Positions 54,801-64,000 of a DNA stretch of 64,000 nucleotides are shown here, piece after piece. Made by a program: the position numbers and the translations under genes. Origin of the DNA: the human T2T-CHM13v2.0 reference genome, Homo sapiens. How positions within the stretch are numbered: the first letter of the stretch is position 1; each line of letters starts with the position of its first letter. Location: NCBI RefSeq assembly GCF_009914755.1, contig NC_060927.1. The stretch is one strand, 5' to 3'. The notes beneath the pieces are model-generated. The model searched no databases and was not told the origin of the DNA. It worked only from the letters and a program-made list of their open reading frames with translations.

Positions 54801-57800
54801 TGCGTTGAATGCAAATATCACAAGTAAGTTTCTGACAATACTTCTGTGTAGTTTTTATGTGAAGATATTTCCTTTCCTACTGTAGGCCTCAAAACACTCT
54901 AAATATACACATGCAAATTCCACAAAAAGAGTGTTTCCAAACTGCTCTATCAAAGGAAGTTTAAACTCTGTCAGCTTAATGCAAGCATCACAAAACAGCT
55001 TCGGAGAATGAATCTGCCTAGTTTTTGTGTGAAGATATTTCTTTTTCTGCCATAGACCCCGAACGGCTGTAAAAATCCACTTGGAAATTCTACAAAAAGA
55101 GAATTTCAAAGCTCTTCTATCGAAAGGAAGTTTCAGCTCCATGAGTTAAATGCACATATCACAAATAATTTTCTGAGGATTCTTCTTTCAAATTTTATAT
55201 GAAGAAATCCCGTTTCCAAAGATGGTCTCAGAAAAGTCCCAATATACACTTGCAGATTCTACAAAAAGAGTTTTTCAAAACTGCTCTATCAAAAGGAAGG
55301 TTAAACTCTGTGAGTAGAAGGCACACATCACAGAGTAGTTTCTGAGAATCATTCTGTCTAGTTTTTCTATGAAGATATCGCCTTCTCCACCATAGGCCTC
55401 AAATGGCGCTAAATATCCACTTGGAAATTCTACAAAAAGAGAGTTACAAGACTGCTCTATCGAAAGGAAGCTTCAACTCTGCGAGTTGAAAGCACACATC
55501 ACGAAGAAGTTTATGAGAATTCTTCTGTCTACTTTTGTATGAAGCAGTCACGTTTCAAACGAAGGCCACAAAGAGGTCCAAATATCCACTTGGAGATTCA
55601 ACAAAAAGAGTTTTACAAAACTGCTCCATCAAGAGGAATATTCAACTCTGAGAGATGAAGGCAGGTATCACCAAGTAGTTTCCGACAATGCTTCTGTCTG
55701 GATTTTATGTGAAGACATTCCCTTTTGTACCACAGGCCTGAAAGCATTCTAAATATAGAATTGCAAATTCCACAAAAAGAGTGTTTAAAACCGCTCTATC
55801 CAAAGAAAGGTTAAACTCTGTCAGCTGAATGCGCACATCACAGAGTAGCTTCAGAGAACAATTATGTCTAGTTTTTCCGTGAAGATTGTTTCTCTTCCAC
55901 ATAGGCCTGAGACCGCTCTAAATATTCACTTGGAAATTCTACAAAAAGAATATTTCAACACTCTTCTATCAAAAGGAAGGTTGAACTCTGAGAGGTAAAC
56001 GCACACATCACAGAGAAGTTTCTGAGAATTCTTCTGTCAAGGTTTATATGAAGAAACCCCGTTTCCAATGAAGGCCTCAAAAAAGTCCAAATATTTACTT
56101 GCAGATTCCACAAAAAGAGTGTTTCATAACTGGTCTATCAAAAGAAAGGTTAAACTCAGTGTGTTGAACCCACACATCACAAAGTAGCTTCTGAGAACAA
56201 TTGTGTCTAGTTCTCATACGAAGATATTGCCTTTTCTACCATACGCCTCAAACGGCGCTAAATATCCACCTGGAAATTCTACCAAAACTGAGCCTCAAAA
56301 GTGCTCTATTGAAAGGAAGTTTCACCTCTGTGAATTGAAGGTACACATCACAAAGAAGTTTCTGAGAATTCTTCTGTCTGGTTGTAAATGAATAAAGCAC
56401 GTTTCAAACGAAGGCCACAAAGAGGTCCAAATATCCTCCTGCAGATTCTACAAAAAGAGTGTTTCAAAACTGCTCCATCAAGAGGAATGTTCAACTCTGT
56501 GCGTTGAATGCAAATATCACAAGTAAGTTTCAGACAATACTTCTGTGTAGTTTTTATGTGAAGATATTTCCTTTCCTACTGCAGGCCTCAAAACGCTCTA
56601 AATATACACTTGCAAATTCCACAAAAAGAGTGTTTCCAAACTGCTCTCTCAAAGGAAGTTTAAACTCTGTCAGCTTAATGCAAGCATCACAAAACAGCTT
56701 CGGAGAATGAATCTGCCTAGTTTTTCTGTGAAGATATTTCTTTTTCTGCCATAGACCTCAAACCGCTGTAAAAATCCACTTGGAAATTCTACAAAAAGAG
56801 TATTTCAAAGCTCTTCTATCGAAATGAAGTTTCAGCTCCATGAGTTAAATGCACATATCACAAATAATTTTCTGAGGATTCTTCTTTCAAGTTTTATATG
56901 AAGAAATCCCGTTTCCAAAGATGGCCTCAGAAAAGTCCCAATATACACTTGCAGATTCTACAAAAAGAGTTTTTCAAAACTGCTCTATCAAAAAGAAGGT
57001 TAAACTCTGTGAGTTGAAGGCACACATCGCAGAGTAGTTTCTGAGTATCATTCTGTCTAGTTTTTCTATGAAGATATCGCCATCTCCACCATAGGCCTCA
57101 AACGGCGCTAAATATCCACTTGGAAATTCTACAAAAAGAGAGTTACAAGACTGCTCTATCGAAAGGAAGCTTCAACTCTGCGAGTTGAAAGCACACATCA
57201 CGAAGAAGTTTATGAGAATTCTTCTGTCTACTTTTGTATGAAGCAGTCACGTTTCAAACGAAGGCCACAAAGAGGTCCAAATATCCACTTGGAGATTCAA
57301 CAAAAAGAGTTTCTCAAAACTGCTCCATCAAGAGGAATATTCAACTCTGAGAGTTGAAGGCAGGTATCCCAAAGTAGTTCCCGACAATGCTTCTGTCTAG
57401 ATTTTATGTGAAGACATTCCCTTTTGTACCACAGGCCTGAAAGCACTCTAAATACAGAATTGCAAATTCCACAAAAAGAGGGTTTAAAACCGCTCTATCC
57501 TAAGAAAGGTTAAACTCTGTCAGCTGAATGCGCACATCACAGAGTAGCTTCAGAGAACAATTATGTCTAGTTTTTCCGTGAAGATAGTTTCTCTTCCACA
57601 TAGGCCTGAGACCGCTCTAAATATTCACTTGGAAATTCTGCAAAAAGAATATTTCAACACTCTTCTATCAAAAGGAAGGTTGAACTCTGAGAGTTAAACG
57701 CACACATCACAGAGAAGTTTCTGAGAATTCTTCTGTCAAGGTTTATATGAAGAAACCCCGTTTCCAATGAAGGCCTCAAAAAAGTCCAAAAATTTACTTG

Positions 57801-60800
57801 CAGATTCCACAAAAAGAGTGTTTCATAACTAGTCTATCAAAAGAAAGGTGAAACTCAGTGAGTTGAACCCACACATCACAAAGTAGCTTCTGAGAATCAT
57901 TGTGTCTAGTTCTCCTACGAAGATATTGCCTTTTCTACCATAGGCCTCAAACGGCGCTAAATATCCACCTGGAAATTCTACCAAAACTGAGCTTCAAAAG
58001 TGCTCTATTGAAAGGAAGCTTCACCTCTGTGAGTTGAAGGTACACATCACAAAGAAGTTTCTGAGAATTCTTCTGTCTAGTTGTAAATGAAGAAATCACG
58101 TTTCAAACGAAGGCCACAAAGAGGTCCAAATATCCACCTGCAGATTCTACAAAAAGAGTGATTCAAAACTGCTCCATCAAGAGGAGTGTTCAACTCTGTG
58201 CGTTGAAGGCAAATATCACAAGTAAGTTTCTGACAATACTTCTGTGTAGTTTTTATGTGAAGATATTTCCTTTCCTACTGTAGGCCTCAAAACGCTCTAA
58301 ATATACACTTGCAAATTCCACAAAAAGAGTGTTTCCAAACTGCTCTATCAAAGGAAGTTTAAACTCTGTCAGCTTAATGCAAGCATCACAAAACAGCTTC
58401 AGAGAATGAATCTGCCTAGTTTTTCTGTGAAGATATTTCTTTTTCTGCCATAGACCCCAAACCGCTGTAAAAATCCACTTGGAAATTCTACAAAAAGAGT
58501 ATTTCAAAGCTCTTCTATCGAAAGGAAGTTTCAGCTCCATGAGTTAAATGCACATATCACAAATAATTTTCTGAGGATTCTTCTTTCAAGTTTTATATGA
58601 AGAAACCCCGTTTCCAAAGATGGCCTCAGAAAAGTCCCAATATACACTTGCAGATTCTACAAAAAGAGTTTTTCAAAACTGCTCTATCAAAAGGAAGGTT
58701 AAACTCTGTGAGTTGAAGGCACACATCACAGAGTAGTTTCTGAGAATCATTCTGTCTAGTTTTTCTATGAAGATATCGCCTTCTCCACCATAGGCCTCAA
58801 ACGGCGCTAAATATCCACTTGGAAATTCTACAAAAAGAGAGTTACAAGACTGCTCTATCGAAAGGAAGCTTCAACTCTGCTAGTGGAAAGCACACATCAC
58901 GAAGAAGTTTATGAGAATTCTTCTGTCTACTTTTGTATGAAGCAGTCACGTTTCAAACGAAGGCCACAAAGAGGTCCAAATATCCACTTGGAGATTCAAC
59001 AAAAAGAGTTTTTCAAAACTGCTCCATCAAGAGGAATATTCAACTCTGAGAGTTGAAGACAGGTATCCCAAAGTAGTTCCCGACAATGCTTCTGTCTAGA
59101 TTTTATGTGAAGACATTCCCTTTTGTACCACAGGCCTGAAAGCACTCTAAATATAAAATTGCAAATTCCACAAAAAGAGTGTTTAAAACCGCTCTATCCA
59201 AAGAAAGGTTAAACTCTGTCAGCTGAATGCGCACATCACAGACTAGCTTCAGAGAACAATTATGTCTAGTTTTTCCGTGAAGATTGTTTCTCTTCTACAT
59301 AGGCCTGAGACCGCTCTAAATATTCACTTGGAAATTCTTCAAAAAGAATATTTCAACACTCTTCTATCAAAAGGAAGGTTGAACTCTGAGAGGTAAATGC
59401 ACACATCACAGAGAAGTTTCTGAGAATTCTTCTGTAAAGGTTTGTATGAAGAAACCCCGTTTCCAATGAAGGCCTCAAAAAAGTCCAAATATTTACTTGC
59501 AGATTCCACAAAAAGAGTGTTTCATAACTGGTCTATCAAAAGAAAGGTGAAATTCAGTGAGTTGAACCCACACATCACAAAGTAGATTCTGAGAATCATT
59601 CTGTCTAGTTCTCCTACGAAGATATTGCCTTTTCTACCATAGGCCTCAAACGGCGCTAAATATCCACCTGGAAATTCTACCAAAACTGAGCTTCAAAAGT
59701 GCTCTATTGAAAGGAAGCTTCACCTCTGTGAGTTGAAGGTACTCATCACAAAGAAGTTTCTGAGAATTCTTCTGTCTAGTTGTAAATGAAGAAATCACGT
59801 TTCAAAAGAAGGCCACAAAGAGGTCCAAATATCCACCTGCAGATTCTACAAAAAGAGTGTTTCAAAACTGCTCCATCAAGAGGAATGTTCAACTCTGTGC
59901 ATTGAATGCAAATATCACAAGTAAGTTTCTGAGAATACTTCTGTGTAGTTTTTATGTGAAGATATTTCCTTTCCTACTGTAGGCCTCAAAACGCTCTAAA
60001 TATACACTTGCAAATTCCACAAAAAGAGTGTTTCCAAACTGCTCTCTCAAAGGTAGTTTAAACTCTGTCCGCTTAATGCAAGCATCACAAAACAGCTTCG
60101 GAGAATGAATCTGCCTAGTTTTTCTGTGAAGATATTTCTTTTTCTGCCATAGACCTCAAACCGCTGTAAAAATCCACTTGGAAATTCTACAAAAAGAGTA
60201 TTTCAAAGCTCTTCTATCGAAAGGAAGTTTCAACTCCATAAGTTAAATGCACATATCACAAATAATTTTCTGAGGATTCTTCTTTCAAATTTTATATGAA
60301 GAAATCCCGTTTCCAAAGATGGCCTCAGAAAAGTCCCAATATACACTGGCAGATTCTACAAAAAGAGTTTTTCAAAACTGCTCTATCAAAAGGAAGGTTA
60401 AACTCTGTGAGTTGAAGGCACACATCACAGAGTAGTTTCTGAGAATCATTCTGTCTAGTTTTTCTATGAAGATATCACCTTCTCCACCATAGGCCTCAAA
60501 CGGCGCTAAATATCCACTTGGAAATTCTACAAAAAGAGAGTTACAAGACTGCTCTATCGAAAGGAAGCTTCAACTCTGCGAGTGGAAAGCACACATCACG
60601 AAGAAGTTTATGAGAATTCTTCTGTCTACTTTTGTATGAAGCAGTCACGTTTCAAACGAAGGCCACAAAGAGGTCCAAATATCCACTTGGAGATTCAACA
60701 AAAAGAGTTTTTCAAAACTGCTCCATCAAGAGGAATATTCAACTCTGAGAGTTGAAGGCAGGTATCCCAAAGTAGTTCCCGACAATGCTTCTGTCTAGAT

Positions 60801-63800
60801 TTTATGTGAAGACATTCCCTTTTGTACCACAGGCCTGAAAGCACTCTAAATATAGAATTGCAAATTCCACAAAAAGAGTGTTTAAAACCGCTCTATCCAA
60901 AGAAAGGTTAAACTCTGTCAGCTGAATGCGCACATCACAGAGTAGCTTCAGAGAACAATTATGTCTAGTTTTTCCGTGAAGATAGTTTCTCTTCTACATA
61001 GGCCTGAGACCGCTCTAAATATTCACTTGGAAATTCTGCAAAAAGAATATTTAAACACTCTTCTATCAAAAGGATGGTTGAACTCTGAGAGGTAAACGCA
61101 CACATCACAGAGAAGTTTCTGAGAATTCTTCTGTCAAGGTTTATATGAAGAAACCCCGTTTCCAATGAAGGCCTCAAAAAAGTCCAAATATTTACTTGCA
61201 GATTCCACAAAAAGAGTGTTTCATAACTGGTCTATCAAAAGAAAGGTTAAACTCAGTGAGTTGAACCCACACATCACAAAGTAGCTTCTGAGAATCATTC
61301 TGTCTAGTTCTCCTACGAAGATATTGCCTTTTCTACCATAGGCCTCAAACGGCGCTAAATATCCACCTGGAAATTCTACCAAAGCTGAGCTTCAAAAGTG
61401 CTCTATTGAAAGGAAGCTTCACCTCTGTGAGTTGAAGGTACACATCACAAAGAAGTTTCTGAGAATTCTTCTGTCTGGTTGTAAATGCAGAAATCACGTT
61501 TCAAACGAAGGCCACAAAGAGGTCCAAATATCCACCTGCAGATTCTACAAAAAGAGTGTTTCAAAACTGCTCCATCAAGAGGAATGTTCAAATCAGTGCG
61601 TTGAAGGCAAATATCACAAGTAAGTTTCTGACAATACTTCTGTGTAGTTTTTATGTGAAGATATTTCCTTTCCTACTGTAGGCCTCAAAACGCTCTAAAT
61701 ATACACTTGCAAATTCCACAAAAAGAGTGTTTCCAAACTGCTCTCTCAAAGGAAGTTTAAACTCCGTAAGCTGAATGCAAGCATCACAAAACAGCTTCAG
61801 AGAATGAATCTGCCTAGTTTTTCTGTGAAGATATTTCTTTTTCTGCCATAGACCTCTAACCGCTGTAAAAATCCACTTGGAAATTCTACAAAAAGAGTAT
61901 TTCAAAGCTCTTCTATCGAAAGGAAGTTTCAACTCCATGAGTTAAATGCACATATCACAAATAATTTTCTGAGGATTCTTCTTTCAAGTTTTATATGAAG
62001 AAATCCCGTTTCCAAAGATGGCCTCAGAAAAGTCCCAATATACACTTGCAGATTCTACAAAAAGAGTTTTTCAAAACTGCTCCATCAAAAGGAAGGTTAA
62101 ACTCTGTGAATTGAAGGCACACATCACAGAGTAGTTTCTGAGAATCATTCTGTCTAGTTTTTCTATGAAGATATCGCCTTCTCCACCATAGGCCTCAAAC
62201 GGTGCTAAATATCCACTTGGAAATTCTACAAAAAGAGAGTTACAAGACTGCTCTATCGAAAGGAAGCTTCAACTCTGCGAGTTGAAAGCACACATCACGA
62301 AGAAGTTTATGAGAATTCTTCTGTCTACTTTTGTATGAAGCAGTCACGTTTCAAACGAAGGCCACAAAGAGGTCCAAATATCCACTTGGAGATTCAACAA
62401 AAAGAGTTTTACAAAACTGCTCCATCAAGAGGATTATTCAACTCTGAGAGATGAAGGCAGGTATCACCAAGTAGTTTCCGACAATGCTTCTGTCTGGATT
62501 TTATGTGAAGACATTCCCTTTTGTACCACAGGCCTGAAAGCATTCTAAATATAGAATTGCAAATTCCACAAAAAGAGTGTTTAAAACCGCTCTATCCAAA
62601 GAAAGGTTAAACTCTGTCAGCTGAATGCGCACATCACAGAGTAGCTTCAGAGAACAATTATGTCTAGTTTTTCTGTGAAGATAGTTTCTCTTCCACATAG
62701 GCCTGAGACCGCTCTAAATATTCACTTGGAAATTCTACAAAAAGAATATTTCAACACTCTTCTATCAAAAGGAAGGTTGAACTCTGAGAGGTAAACGCAC
62801 ACATCACAGAGAAGTTTCTGAGAATTCTTCTGTCAAGGTTTATATGAAGAAACCCCGTTTCCAATGAAGGCCTCAAAAAAGTCCAAATATTTACTTGCAG
62901 ATTCCACAAAAAGAGTGTTTCATAACTGGTCTATCAAAAGAAAGGTTAAACACAGTGTGTTGAACCCACACATCACAAAGTAGCTTCTGAGAACAATTGT
63001 GTCTAGTTCTCATACGAAGATATTGCCTTTTCTACCATAGACCTCAAACGGCGCTAAATATCCACCTGGAAATTCTACCAAAACTGAGCCTCAAAAGTGC
63101 TCTATTGAAAGGAAGCTTCACCTCTGTGAATTGAAGGTACACATCACAAAGAAGTTTCTGAGAATTCTTCTGTCTAGTTGTAAATGAAGAAATCACGTTT
63201 CAAACGAAGGCCACAAAGAGGTCCAAATATCCTCCTGCAGATTCTACAAAAAGAGTGTTTCAAAACTGCTCCATCAAGAGGAATGTTCAACTCTATGCGT
63301 TGAATGCAAATATCACAAGTAAGTTTCTGACAATACTTCTGTGTAGTTTTTATGTGAAGATATTTCCTTTCCTACTGCAGGCCTCAAAACGCTCTAAATA
63401 TACACTTGCAAATTCCACAAAAAGAGTGTTTCCAAACTGCTCTCTCAAAGGAAGTTTAAACTCTGTCAGCTTAATGCAAGCATCACAAAACAGCTTCGGA
63501 GAATGAATCTGCCTAGTTTTTCTGTGAAGATATTTCTTTTTCTGCCATAGACCTCAAACCGCTGTAAAAATCCACTTGGAAATTCTACAAAAAGAGTATT
63601 TCAAAGCTCTTCTATCGAAATGAAGTTTCAGCTCCATGAGTTAAATGCACATATCACAAATAATTTTCTGAGGATTCTTCTTTCAAGTTTTATATGAAGA
63701 AATCCCGTTTCCAAAGATGGCCTCAGAAAAGTCCCAATATACACTTGCAGATTCTACAAAAAGAGTTTTTCAAAACTGCTCTATCAAAAAGAAGGTTAAA

Positions 63801-64000
63801 CTCTGTGAGTTGAAGGCACACATCGCAGAGTAGTTTCTGAGTATCATTCTGTCTAGTTTTTCTATGAAGATATCGCCATCTCCACCATAGGCCTCAAACG
63901 GCGCTAAATATCCACTTGGAAATTCTACAAAAAGAGAGTTACAAGACTGCTCTATCGAAAGGAAGCTTCAACTCTGCGAGTTGAAAGCACACATCACGAA
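51420..64000. repeat. HOR haplotype II block (right)
   Basis: Same linked haplotype II variants as 3,860-11,533. Confidence 0.85.
51811..64000 (-). repeat. 7 complete 10-mer HOR units (1,699 bp) plus a partial unit
   Basis: Anchor at 51811, 53510, 55209, 56908, 58607, 60306, 62005 and 63704. Confidence 0.97.

Larger units (their letters stand above)
1..64000 (-). repeat. Alpha-satellite (alphoid) tandem array of ~170-bp monomers, single orientation, primate centromere/pericentromere
   Basis: Alphoid motifs (CAAAACTGCTCTATCAAAAG, AACTCTGTGAGTTGAA, CACATCACAAAG, TTTCTGAGAAT..TTCTGTCTAGTTTT, GGCCTCAAA) recur every ~170 bp throughout. The CENP-B-box-like motif (TTCG..A..CGGG) reads on the minus strand. 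Confidence 0.99.

Noticed and set aside
1766-63506. All 24 ORFs in the supplied track (62-95 aa)
   Set aside because: They lie wholly within alpha-satellite and recur with the HOR period. They open or close through single SNPs and indels, and show no recognisable protein domains. They are chance reading frames.
1-64000. CRISPR-like or other repeat-spacer system
   Set aside because: There are no unique spacers; every position belongs to a tandem monomer.
1-64000. Transposon insertion or inversion
   Set aside because: Anchor spacing is always 1,697-1,699 or 850 bp, which leaves no room for an insert. I saw no reverse-orientation monomers, poly(A) tails or target-site duplications.
1-64000. 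Active kinetochore-forming HOR array
   Set aside because: No intact CENP-B box was found, unlike typical active autosomal or X arrays. Activity cannot be strictly excluded from sequence alone.

Overview
The whole window is primate centromeric alpha-satellite DNA: ~170-bp monomers in one orientation, with no genes, transposon insertions or inversions visible. The monomers form a ~1,699-bp 10-monomer higher-order repeat (HOR) made of two related pentamers (box pattern B-A-B-A-A twice). There are 36 complete 10-mers, three consecutive 850-bp 5-mer variants at 49,261-51,810 and a partial unit at the end. All four B-type (CENP-B) boxes per HOR are mutated at essential positions, which suggests an inactive array. 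The monomers look SF2/SF02-like and a D18Z2-class 10-mer is a candidate, but I cannot confirm this without a search. Two HOR haplotype lineages alternate (I / II / I / II), and private variants record nested duplications and conversion-like patches. All supplied ORFs are repeat artefacts. I see no new protein-coding or RNA system; the interesting signal is the recombination history of the array.
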